DNA of 64,000 nt from Tubiluchus corallicola (Eukaryota; Animalia; Priapulida): assembly GCA_030141605.1 (NCBI GenBank), contig JAQGDQ010000122.1, positions 62,001 through 126,000 of the forward strand, in the 5' to 3' direction. A program made the position numbers and the translations under genes. Each line of letters begins with the position of its first letter. Position 1 is the first letter of the stretch. The notes under the pieces were generated by a model. It made no database searches and was not told the origin of the DNA. It saw only the letters and a list, made by a program, of their open reading frames with translations. Positions 25,985 through 38,198 of this stretch are shown here, one piece after another.

Positions 25985-27815
25985 TTTAGTATAACACAGT
26001 GCTCTGAAACACCGCACTGATACTCTACAACAACAGTGCATCACACCTGTGCAAACAACGTAGTGCAACACGTGCAACAACATAAGAAAACACAACACTG
26101 TCCCACAACCAAAAAAAACAACGTAATTAATGTAATTCAAAACATGCAACAGTAAAACAAAACTGCAACAGCATCCAGCATAATGTAGTGTATCACATGC
26201 TACAACACAGCAAAACACAATAAAATTAACAATATGTTGCAGTGCTATACGTGCAACAACGTAACAAAACACAAGTGTACGCTGCAACAGAGTTAACAAC
26301 ATAGTATAATGCTGTTAATGCAGCACATGCAGCAACATAAAACCTGCATCAGTACTCCACAACAGAGCCAACAACATCATGCAATGCGACACGTGTGACA
26401 ACATAACAAAATACAACAGTGCTCTTACAAAAGAGCAAACAACATTACGTAGTGCAGCACATGTAACAACATAAAAAGTGCAGTGCTGTACTGCACAAAA
26501 CATTATATGCGGTAACACTACAGCAAAATAAGAATTGGTACATATCACTGCTACACATAAATAGTGCAGTGCAGTGCAGTGCAGTGTAGTGCCGTAAAGA
26601 GCAGTTCAGTACAGCACAATGCAGAACAGAGTAGTACAGCACGGTAACGTCTGATATAATTCAATACAGTACAGAGCAGAGTATACTGCAGCGCAATACA
26701 GTGCGGTGTAGCGCAGTGCAGAGTGCAATGTAGTGCAGTACAGAGCGGTTCAGTACAGTACGGTACGGTACGGTACGGTACAGTACGGTACGGAACAGTA
26801 CAGTACAGTATAGTACGGTACGGTACGGTACAGTACAGTACGGTACAGTATAGTACAGCACAATGCAGAACAGAGTAATACAGCACGGTAACGTCTGATA
26901 TAATTCAATACAGTACAGAGCAGAGTATACTGCAGCGCAATACAGTGCGGTGTAGCGCAGTGCAGAGTGCAATGTAGTGCAGTACACAGCGGTTCAGTAC
27001 AGTACGGTACGGTTCGGTACGGTACGGAACAGTACAGTACAGTATAGTACGGTACGGTACGGTACGGTACAGTACAGTACGGTACAGTATAGTACAGCAC
27101 AATGCAGAACAGAGTAATACAGCACGGTAACGTCTGATATAATTCAATACAGTACAGAGCAGAGTATACTGCAGCGCAATACAGTGCGGTGTAGCGCAGT
27201 GCAGAGTGCAATGTAGTGCAGTACACAGCGGTTCAGTACAGTACGGTACGGTACGGTACCTAACAGTACAGTACAGTATAGTACGGTACGGTACGGTACA
27301 GTACAGTACGGTACAGTATAGTACAGCACAATGCAGAACAGAGTAATACAGCACGGTAACGTCTGATATAATTCAATACAGTACAGAGCAGAGTATACTG
27401 CAGCGCAATACAGTGCGGTGTAGCGCAGTGCAGAGTGCAGTGTAGTGCAGTACAGAGCGGTTCAGTACAGTACGGTACGGTATAGTACAGCACAATGCAG
27501 AACAGAGTAATACAGCACGGTAACGTCTGATATAATTCAATACAGTACAGAGCAGAGTATACTGCAGCGCAATACAGTGCGGTGTAGCGCAGTGCAGAGT
27601 GCAGTGTAGTGCAGTACAGAGCGGTTCAGTACAGTACGGTACGGTACGGTACAGTACAGTACGGTACAGTATAGTACAGTGCAATACAGAACAGAGTAGT
27701 ACAGCACAGTAATGTAGGATTTGATTCAATACAGTACAGTGCAGTGCAGTACAGTGCAGCACAGTACAGTGCAGTGCACCACAGTGCAGCACAATACAGT
27801 GCAATGTAGCTCAGT
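25985..27815. repeat. Complex pentamer-based satellite (CAGTA/CGGTA/CAGTG) with higher-order units, in EFCC1-like intron 1
   Basis: Marker ACGGTAACGTCTGATATAATTC at 26641, 26885, 27124, 27353 and 27517 (periods 244, 239, 229, 164); decayed flank at 25985-26560. Confidence 0.95.
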
Positions 27816-28303
27816 GTGGTAAGATCATATAGCATAACACATTACATCAAAATCGAATGTAAGTTTTCTCAAATTGAACAAGTGCTCAATCTCACATGTT
27901 ACGTAATCATACGCTCAATCTTTCTGACTGGTTCATCATCCACGTAATCTTGTGGGCGTAATTCTACAGCAAAGAAAGTGTTAAAGCAGCCAGCCGTCTT
28001 TGCAATCCAAGGGTGAAAAGTCCCCAATACTTTGATGCTGTCAGTGCACTGAGAAATGAAAGAGAATAAAATATTCAAATATTGGGTGAACCCAAAAAAC
28101 GATGGTGTCGCTTCCTGTATAGCCTGCTTGCCTTTTCTTTAACCACCACAGCAAAATAAACGCACTGTTTCTTCTAGAAAGTTTCTTGCCTGGAATTTCG
28201 CGCTAAAACATTGGCGTATTTATGACGCGCTGTATGGAATGAGTGCTGTTGCAATGGAAATAACTTTTGTGGACGTAAAACGTGCGGACAGAAATGTCTA
28301 TGC

Positions 28304-28510
28304 TTGTGCGTGTCTGTGCGTGTCTGTGCGTGCCTGTGCGTGCCTGTGTGTGTCTGTGCGTACCTGTGCGTGCCTGTGCATGCTTGTGCGTGTCTGTGCG
28401 TGTCTGCGCGTGTCTGTGCGTGCCTGTGCGTACCTTTGCGTGTATGTGCGTGCCTGTGTGTTCCTGTGCGTGTCTGTGCGTGCCTGTGTGTGGCTGTGCG
28501 TGTCTGTGCA
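28304..28510. repeat. 10-bp minisatellite (TGCGTGYCTG)n, about 20 copies
   Basis: Directly visible. Confidence 0.93.
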
Positions 28511-31197
28511 GACGCAGTGGAAACGCGGGTGCTTATAAAAAGCAAAGAGCGCCGTGCTACTTTGTGCAGAGTTTGCTCGGTTACCATCTCTATCTTTCAA
28601 ACGTTTTAGGCTTTGTTATTCTACACAGCAGCTCAGTGTGAGTTTCCTATCACTAATTGAGTTGTAGAACTAAGAGTCTCTTACGGAGCATTCTAATCTG
28701 ACCTCCCCTTCTGATGTTGTGACTATGTTGATCACTCAGTTTCCTCCGGGGCTGTATTGCAACAGGTGGCGAATGCAGAAAGTCTTCGCTCAGCATAGTA
28801 CTATTACAAGTTTTCGTTCAATAAATTCAATAAGTTTCAATATGTTCCTCCAAGCACCAGTCCTGTCGCCCAACACAAATCCAATCGTCAGTTGGTGCAC
28901 TCAGGAGATGAGCTACAGAAAAAAGGACTTCCACATTCTGTTCCGCATCAACAAATTATTTAAACAATAACACCTTCTAAAAAGCTTGATCTAGTGTAGA
29001 CATAGTCATAGATAGACTCTATACAGAATTTTTTATTTTAGACATTCATCCACATAGCATAAATATAATACACAAAAATGCAAAAAATTACAGAGTTAGT
29101 GACATGGCACCCTCATATAAAAGGGTAATCCTACTACGAAGTGCCTCGGTCAATTCTAGTCAGACATACTTCTCATTTAATGTCTGCCTTCTTATATATT
29201 AGAATTAGGATTATCAGTTAAAGCAGATAAGATTGACAGACGCGTGTTTGGCACGGGAAACACTGAAACACATGTGTATGTAGATTTGCAGTTAGGAGTG
29301 ATAAGGAAGCTAAGTAAGAGAAAGCCAGTTAGAATAACATCATAATGTGTAGCAGGAAGGAAGCTGTGCAGTAGGGGGTCTAGACAGCAAGCACTTAGGG
29401 CTACTTACTATACTTTTGTAGGCTTAAACTTGGTGATAGGGATTGTCCGAAGTGTGTAATATACTCATTTAGTGGAATGCTCGTGCATTATTGATTATTA
29501 GCGAATTGATTAGTCGTGATGATTTTGAACACTTATATAGAGCTGGACGTGTCGGTTTGGAACAACACAAGCAATTTGTATAGCAAAAAGTAGCTCAAAA
29601 TGGTTCCTCTTTTTTAATTTGTTAACATTCTGTTAGGTAAATGTCGATGACAATGTCGAACAAAGAAAGATTTTATGATGTAGTTTCTGGTTTTACAAAA
29701 GCTACAAATGTGTGGTGATCTAGAACAAACATTTCCTAAACCTAAAAATGCCATTCATCCTCGCAGAAGCGTTTGTAAAAAGGGGTCCACGTTATCGTGT
29801 AGCCCGGTATCTCCTCTTTCCAAAGAGCTAAGAGTTTCCCTCCAAAACCCCAACAAAGCGTCGCTAGGAAACTGAGGAGAAGCCGGGCTACACGACAAAG
29901 AGGGTCTCTTTTACAAACGCCTCTGCTATCACAAAACTGAAAAGCTAGGAGCATTTCTGGGGGAGGTGGTGTTCTTGAGAACCCTGTATATAAATGGTTT
30001 TATAGCGTAACAATTACAAATTTGCTAAACTCAAAATACGACCAGTAAGAACCTATAACTAAGCTATGACGGCATAACTAAATTATTTAAAATTTTATTT
30101 GTGTGTTTATTTTCATTAGCTTTTACTATTTATTTATTTGTTTGTTTGTTTCTTCATTTTTTGATTCCTCACCCACTTAAAGCTCAATATCTAATAAAAA
30201 ATGTAATAATGACCAGAAGTGATTAATGCAATATGCAAAATTAAAATTGGAGTTCAATACTTGAAACTGATTACGGCTCTTGATTAAAACTGTGTTTTAT
30301 AAATCACAGCCTACAGGTTAGATTTAAATGTTTTGTTACTAATCCTCTAGCGCATACAAATGAATAAAGAATAAATAAACAAAGACCCATACATAAATAA
30401 AAACAGGCCGTTTTCTTTTGAAAAAAATCGAGTTTGAATTATTGCAAAGCTCCATCTAGATGATTTCATTCAAGCTGACGTACATGCTTTGTGAAGACGT
30501 TCAAGAAGCTCGAATGCCAAAAAGCTCAAATTATTGCGTGATTTTTAAACGATTCTAGGGCCTAAATAGAATGATTTTCTGTGATTGTGATTCATATTAA
30601 TAACGTTACCCAAATATTCGAATGCAGGTCAATCTAAAGTGCATGTATTATTTATAAGCAGTCTGTCTATCAGGTACTGATTCTCAAATCCTAAATTATT
30701 ATCCTACCTTGCCCGGGGCATAGCATGTGGACAAATACCAATCTGCCAATTTGAGCCATTATTGATTTCCAACTCAAATTTTGCTTTTAATCAATATGGC
30801 CGTGTCCCTACTTTCATGCGTCAGAGCATCAACCTATTGTTTGCTTTAATACTTGATGTTAGGCTTCTTTTATTGTTCGAGCACGCACCACCAGGGCAGT
30901 ACTCACGTCAGATTGGAGGGGAGGGGGTGGCAGGGGCTGTAAACTCGCACGCCGTATGTACCAAACATCATAAACTAATGAACAAATTACTACTTCTGTA
31001 GTAACAGTAGCTATAACAATGTAGTTCACTGACTAATTACACGATTGTCCTTTTAAACACATAAGGCTACGTAAGATACTTAAAATTTCAAAGTAAAAAA
31101 ATGCCTAAACGTTTTTTTAAACAAATTAGCTAAAATAACCTATCTTCGAGTTTTTATAGGTTATATTTTACTTGTTTTTGTGTGATAATCAGTCTTG

Positions 31198-31236
<39 letters not shown>
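31198..31236. repeat. (CAT)n microsatellite
   Basis: Directly visible. Confidence 0.95.
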
Positions 31237-31240
<4 letters not shown>

Positions 31241-31959
31241 GTCGTCAAAAGCATTCATTATAGTCTATAATTTACTGCAACCTAAAGATTCTTATACCCA
31301 TATTTAGGGTGTATAAAGGACTACTTTTTATTTGAGTTATGATGTCCTGATCTACTATACTGCTTTCAATTAGTGCCTTATTACACTCTACGTTATAACC
31401 AGTTTGTAGACAATGTAAATTGGAAAAATAGGAAACTCTTCACGAAGATTCGAACCTAGGTCTTGTGCTGTATACGCTTATTAGACTTTTACTATATCAT
31501 AAGTTATGCAGTAACAGAAAAAAATTTATAACCACTACTAATTCCTCTTTTTGTCAGTGGGTAGCCCTACATATCATACATTGCACGTACATATAACTCA
31601 GTAATGTTCGCCTATTACTCGAATTTTTTACAGTCAGGGCATTTTTATAAGTCTGGATTCTTTGTTGCCCCCCAACACAAATCATTTAAGTGGGTATTTA
31701 ATCTTTTTTTTCAAAATTTGCTTCTTATTAGTTATCTCACTGTTTGTTAACCATTGAATTAATTAACTTTTTGTTTCATTTAATGTATTTGTGTATGTGT
31801 TGATAAACAATCTTAAATCTTGAATCTCGAAAGTGAGTGTGTAACACTAGTGCTATAATCTTTACAATTATATGAAAATATACATTTAACGAACAAAAGC
31901 ATATGCACCTTTGCTTGATCTTCATTGCTTAGTGTTAACAACTTTTTCTGTTTTTGAAG

Positions 31960-32096
31960 AGATACTGATAGTGGATTTTCGTCAAGCAGCACCCCGATAG
32001 GAAGAAAGTCACCCATGGGAAGATGTTCTACCCCTCCGCTGTCCATTCATGTTGCCAGACCAGACCATTTCTGTCGTGCGGTTGAGGGGGAATCAG
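31960..32096 (+). CDS. EFCC1-like: EFCC1-like exon 2: (R)DTDSGFSSSSTPIGRKSPMGRCSTPPLSIHVARPDHFCRAVEGES
   Basis: TTTTTCTGTTTTTGAAG acceptor, CAG|GTAAAT donor; open and in phase (2 to 1) with both neighbours. Confidence 0.75.
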
Positions 32097-33461
32097 GTAA
32101 ATCTGGGTGGTAAAGTGTGGGAGGGCTTGCCGCTTGGTGAAGTCGTTGAACGTTCGGTGTGGCGCTAGTCTGCTGCCATGCTTGGCTGATAACTAAAAAA
32201 TCCCTTGACAAAATGAACGGTAAGACTGGTTAATTTTCTAAGCCCGTATGTGCTTTGCCATGTTGAATCGGTATCTCAAATGGTAGAGAAAGTGCCATGG
32301 AAAAACAGGTTCTGAGTTCAAATCCTTTTTGACTTGAATTTTCAGTCATCAACCTTTTTCGCCTAATAATATTATTGTTTTAAGTGTGATGCTTTTCTTA
32401 CTGTGTGTGACTGAATGCGTGTGTGCGTGTGTGTGCATGTGAGCGTGTGATACTATGGAGCTTCGTAAGCAATTGCCTCTCATCAAATACAAACAAAAAT
32501 TGAAAAAATTAATTAGGAATGAAGGTACTAAAATGCGAATATGAGGGCATGATGAGTTGCTGAACAGTCATGGCACGCGCTTTGTAACTGAAGTTAAACA
32601 ATGCTGAGAATAGTCAATAAATGGTTAGGTGACTAGATGACCATCAGGAAAACTGTTTCTGGGTGGTATCGCTTGCCACGATGCCTGTACATTTCAATAT
32701 ATTACACCATGCAAAGTCTAAAATGTAGTCAAGTATGAAGCTAGATGGAAGGAAATTGGGTGATGTCATAAAAAAATATTTTATTTTTATGTCACCACGA
32801 TGTCACAATAATGGATAAGTCAGGGTTCATGTTTGTGCGTAAACTACAGCTTTTTTGGAACACCGTGTATAAGCAGATGCAGGAAAGATAAATGGTGGTA
32901 ATAACTGAAACAGAAAAACAGGTTATGAAGAAAGTAACTCAAGACACAAGCTGTATCCCTAGTAAATTCTTTCAAATAGTTTCAGTTTCTATTCTTCCCT
33001 TTCACATAAAACATCCATTCATTATATAAGAACAATTGCGGTTTACTTAATTTTCACAAAACGACGCCTCTTAAAACCGTTTTAGATAAGTAGTTTCATT
33101 TACAACCACCAGGGGAACTGAAAGTGTATTGATAATGGTTTTACAGCTGCAATAATAGGCACTGTGACGTACAATGATTCACGCGCCATCTGTCACCATT
33201 CACACTGCCCAATATCAAAGCTTTTATTGGTTTTTGTGAGCTACTTGCAAAGTGTATTCGGATTTTGCCACAGGATAGCAGATCATTCCATGAACGAACA
33301 TTGTAGGCCTACTCCAAAAGTGGCCTACTCACAGACTTGGAAGTGTAATTCCAGTCCTAAAGTCAGACTTGTGCAACCTGGATCTTATAATTTAGTATAA
33401 TAATCACACTGCTATACAATAGTAAAATGAAAAAAAAGAATCACACAAATAATAATTAGGA

Positions 33462-33690
33462 TCTGAGGCTGAGAGGATTCTTATGCTTCGCATGTGAATG
33501 GCGTGGATTCGATACCTACTCCACGTAATCATGCATAAGCTTTGTCTGTTTACCTTGTAGAGGGAAAACTTATGATTTCTGGTGCGTTAGAGTAAGACAT
33601 CAAGAATAATAAGGAAAAGAAGTAGTAGTAGAAGAAGAAGAAGAAGAAGAAGAAGAAGAAGAAAAAGAAAAAGAAAAAGAAGAAGAAGAA
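33462..33690 (+). mobile_element. Degenerate tRNA-SINE-like element ending in an (AAG)n tract
   Basis: B-box-like GGATTCGATACC at about 33505; (AAG)n/(AAAAAG)n tail at 33612-33690. Confidence 0.4.
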
Positions 33691-33882
33691 GTTGATTTTA
33701 ACAAAATATACACTTCTTAATTAATAAATAATTAAATGTGATAAACTACAATAGACCAACTTTCTTAAACAGTGTACTATCATCTTTAGTTAATATGTCT
33801 GAATTTTTACAAAAGGAAAATTAAGGATAGCTTGTGCAAATGTCTTTTCTATCTACAAAATTGAAATTTTTATGCAAATTAG

Positions 33883-34133
33883 TAACTATGGAGCCCATGT
33901 CCATCAGTATAACTGTTATAACTCCAGGTTCAGAAGAGGACGTCAGTTGTTCTGTCAATGGCACAGTGCCAACATCTGTTTCTCATACATCAACAGAAGA
34001 CATGGAGATATTTACTCCACCTGGAGGAACGTCGACACAACAAAGTGACACTGACACAGATGTCGACAATTTGCTAGCCGAGTTATTTATGACAAAGAAT
34101 CAACTGGAAATCTCACAAGAAGAGGTTAAAGAG
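33883..34133 (+). CDS. EFCC1-like: EFCC1-like exon 3: S/T/acidic linker then coiled coil (..DVDNLLAELFMTKNQLEISQEEVKE)
   Basis: GAG|GTAATT donor (phase 0). Two phase-1-compatible acceptors give a start at 33883 or 33928, so the 5' boundary is uncertain. Confidence 0.75.
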
Positions 34134-34449
34134 GTAATTTTCTTAATCAAATGTTGACTGTAGTTATAACTTGCAATTACATGAAAAAAAAGCCTACAGA
34201 CTTAGTGATTTCAATATCTCAGTAATAAATACATTACATTTAATAGCAAATGTAATAATAAATGATTTATTACTAAGCACGGTTTATCTGCACGCTTCTA
34301 AAGATTTTGGCATATGCAAGTTTGAAGTCGTTATAAAGCTTTTGAATTTTCAACGTGGTTGCAGTTACATTTTTATTATTACGACAACAAGTACAATATT
34401 GCCATTGTAGTGATAATCTACACTATATTGTCTATTTTCTACTAGTGAT

Positions 34450-34960
34450 GCTGCATCAGATTACTCATAATGCTGTACGAGTCTAATTGTAATGTTCCAT
34501 GAGTTTACTTGTAATGCTGCATGAATTTACTTGTTATGCTGTATGAGTTTTACTTGTAATGCTATATGAGTTTACTTAAAATGATGCACAAGTCTACTCG
34601 TAATGCTGCACAAGCTTACTGCGATGCTGCAGATGATGCTACGGAGAATCTTCCTGCTATGCTGCACAAGTCTTCTTGTGATGCTGCACGAGTTTTACTT
34701 GTGATGCTGTGTGAGCTTACTTGTAATGATGCTACATGAGTTTACTTGCAATGCTACATGAGTTTACTTGTGATGCTGTGTGAGCTTACTTGTAATGATG
34801 CTACATGAGTTTACTAGTAATGCTACATGAGCTTACTTGTAATGCTACATGAGTTTACTAGTACTGCTACATGAATTTACTTGTATTGATGCATGAGTTT
34901 ACTTGTGATGTTGCTTAAGTCTGCGTGTTATGTTGCCGAAGTTTACTTATGAAATGCACA
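34450..34960. repeat. Diverged 22-bp minisatellite (TAATGCTACATGAGTTTACTTG-like)
   Basis: About 20 degenerate copies in EFCC1-like intron 3. Confidence 0.88.
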
Positions 34961-35075
34961 AGTCCTTCTACACATACAACGCTTAAAATGCTTCGCAAGT
35001 CTGTTAACTCATAACCATAACATGAAAGTGCACACTTGCGTTTCATAGTAAGTTTCTCAAATGCAATTTTTCTAG

Positions 35076-35234
35076 ATGAAACAAGTCATGGAAGAGAAGT
35101 TAGCGGATAAACAGTTTGAATACGATGAGCTCCAAGTTGAATATCAGCAATCAGAAAACGAATGTCTTCGCTTGACAATCCTAGAAGACAGACTCAAGCA
35201 ATCACTCTGGCTTCTACAAGGATTGAAGTCTAGT
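35076..35234 (+). CDS. EFCC1-like: EFCC1-like exon 4: MKQVMEEKLADKQFEYDELQVEYQQSENECLRLTILEDRLKQSLWLLQGLKSS
   Basis: TTTTTCTAG acceptor, GTAAGC donor, 159 nt, phase 0/0. ENECLRLTILEDRL..LWLLQGL resembles the recalled EFCC1 C-terminal ETERVRLSLLEEKL..LQLLQRL. Confidence 0.88.
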
Positions 35235-36415
35235 GTAAGCTAAGCACTAATGTTTCTCATTCATTCACCGATCAAAGTCAATGTCAACTTGCACATCTAG
35301 GGACCACGGGGACCACTGTAAACTGATGCCATAATTTTCTTTCTTTTTAGAAGCTTATGTGTAAGATCAAACCAGTCAACAAAGGTAGTCCCCCGGAGAC
35401 TAATGGGTCAGACTAATAAGAGTGTCTACCATTTAAATAGAAGGAAGAGTTACACTTATTTGCTGGGATAAACAAATAATTTTTCAATAAAAATGGGAAG
35501 AATTAAATAGGGTATAAAAATGGCCACCCAAGATGCAGACAATGCAGAAGTGGATTTGGCTGACATTTTTATCCTGTAATTTACTAATAATTTGCATGGC
35601 CTTTGAACTCGAGGAATGTGACAATAGAATGCTCAAACCTTACCAGCAGAGACTGTTCCGCATGCTCAGAACGAATACATAATGCACATTTTGCTTTCTG
35701 TGCATATAACACAAATTGAATGAAAAAGGTTCGTAGATGAACAGTTACACTGTATTAAGCCAGGTTCACACTAACCTGATAGTTCAGGAACAAAACACTG
35801 ATGCCATAATTTTCTTTCTTTTTAGTAGCTTATGTGCGTTTCTGTAAGATCAAACAGGGCAACTTTTAGGCCCTTTAGAATATGAAGTTTAAGATAAAAT
35901 GTGCTTGAATAAATAAGATAAAACTTTTCGTGTAAAAAATAAAAGATGTGCGTACACATAATGATCAGAATATCGGTATTTAGATATGGTCAGTAAAAAT
36001 GTTTTGTGCCAATAAGCCTTTTCGTAGTTTTGTTATGCACACCCACAGTTGCTGTAGGTCAAAGGTTAAGTGAACTTAAGCAATGCGTCTTAACTACAAC
36101 CATCACGTGACAAGTGGGTAAAGCAAAGCTGACTGCTGCATAATTATAAATATTATGGCTATTATAATGCCACAATGGTTGAAAAGTTTGTAGAGTATGC
36201 AACTGATCTGCCCCATAGCCCAAACCAAATCGAGTTCAGGTCTTAATGTATAGGAAGCAACGACTGCTTATGCTTTTGGAGTTACATTATATGTTAGGCC
36301 ACGTATTTGGGTATACCACAGTTCTAATTTCATGAAACTTTACCGCTATACCATACATAAAGTATTATTGATAATTTTTGCGCTGTGAATGAGCACATTT
36401 TCTTGTCCATTCCAG

Positions 36416-36488
36416 AATATTCAACTGAGGATACTAGGACAAATGATCATGGATGCTATTGCTCGAAGCGAGACAATGACTTCGCCAG
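36416..36488 (+). CDS. EFCC1-like: EFCC1-like exon 5: NIQLRILGQMIMDAIARSETMTSP
   Basis: TTTTCTTGTCCATTCCAG acceptor, CAG|GTAAAT donor. Resembles the recalled EFCC1 NISKRALGKILLSTL. Confidence 0.88.
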
Positions 36489-36897
36489 GTAAATTAAACA
36501 ACAGAGCTTATTACTAGAGATCAAATACTTAAAATAATAAAAAAACGAAAATTTATATTTGTGAATTAATTATCTTCTCACACGTATGATGGCAGCTGTG
36601 GTCGAAAATAATTTTAATAGATTTAAGATTAATAAGATTTAATCAAGTGCAAGTGATGTTACCGCAAAAATTTTCGGTTATATAATACAAGTGTTGTTGT
36701 CTTTTATGTTATTATTAACAACAATCGGCAACTTGCAACTTAAGAACACAAGGACTCCAACGACAAGAATGTCCATATTTAAATGACCAACTCAGTTAGT
36801 AAAAATAGTTTGTTAAAAATAGTCAATTCTAAACGATAATTATACAAGTTTTTTACATAAAATTAAGAACGTTAATTGAATATTTTTTAATTTTCAG

Positions 36898-37001
36898 AAG
36901 AAGCAGTGCAGGTGTTTGTCATAAGCATTCAAACCATTATCCAATCAGCCGGAACGAAAGTAGCCACTTCAGATGCAGTGGATGGTGGCGCCATCTCTTA
37001 A
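36898..37001 (+). CDS. EFCC1-like: EFCC1-like terminal exon 6: (E)EAVQVFVISIQTIIQSAGTKVATSDAVDGGAIS*
   Basis: TTTTTTAATTTTCAG acceptor (CAGAAG NAGNAG), phase 1, TAA at 36999-37001, followed by AT-rich UTR-like sequence with ATTAAA at 37118. Confidence 0.8.
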
Positions 37002-38072
37002 CAAAAAAATGCGCAAATCATTTTTTCCAAGCTAAAGACACAATTCAAGTATAGTAAATAGCAAGTGGCTAGTAAATTTCTTGAGAGCGTAACAATTTAT
37101 GAATTTTATATTATTTAATTAAAGCTGAAAAGTTCTGCAATTTCAACATAGATCTCAGCTACGGTTAATCAGTCCAGAAATGCATTTAAATTATTATACA
37201 CTAACTTATTTATTATTATTTTATGTAATTTTATTCTACGTATATAATTTTTAAGCATATTTTTACACTAATCATTATTTATTACCATTGGTTGGCATGC
37301 AATATTTTCATAATTTTTATACATTGTGATACACCTGAAACGTACTTAAATAATATGCAATGAATATATAGCAAGACAATGTATAAAACAACAATGCTGT
37401 CAAATGATTCTGACAGTTTTTTTATTTAACAATGTAAAATTAACATCATTATACACGCACAAGAAAACCAAACTGTCATTTTGTACTTAACTTACTGCCA
37501 GAAAGACAATATTTTGTATGCTCATTTACATTTTCAAAAAATGTCGTTTCTATGAACTTTTGCCTCGACTTCTTGGTTTATTTAAAAGAAGTATATACTT
37601 GAAATTCTTGGTCTGATCTGCATGCGAAATTTTCAGACAGAAAATGGGGCATTCAATAAGAAAGACCACCATATCTTACCGTTCTGTTCAAAGTTTACCA
37701 TTTCTGTCAATAGAAAGCACAGTGCCATACTTTTGCAAAAAATGGTTGAAACTTGCACCTTCCCCACACCTGACACCAACACAAATTTGTTATAGCAGGA
37801 CAAAAATGTGCTAGTGCCAAACAACAAGAAGAGCTAACTGAATTACTCCTCTATAGATGGCAGCATCGTCGGCATACGAGTTTTAACTGTATCGAAACAA
37901 GCACACTCAGTGCAGATTTTCTAACACAGTCTTTACGTCTTTTATCAATGCTAAAATCTCACTATTTTGGGAGAAAAGCAATTACTGACTACAAAGAAAC
38001 ACTCAGAGATGCAAAGTTGTTTAATTACTAGAAGCACCAACATATATGTATACTAGGCAACATGACGTCTTT

Positions 38073-38198
38073 ATAAAAAAATCTCTGCTCTAACAAATAC
38101 AGTGTCACAAATTGATAAAAAAATCTCTGCTCTAACAAATACAGTGTCACAAATTGATAAAAAAATCTCTGCTCTAACAAATACAGTGTCACAAATTG
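38073..38198. repeat. Perfect 42-bp tandem repeat x 3
   Basis: ATAAAAAAATCTCTGCTCTAACAAATACAGTGTCACAAATTG occurs three times. Confidence 0.96.

Noticed and set aside
25943-28641. Many Cys/Tyr/Thr/Val-rich ORFs
   Set aside because: They derive from pentamer and decamer satellites.
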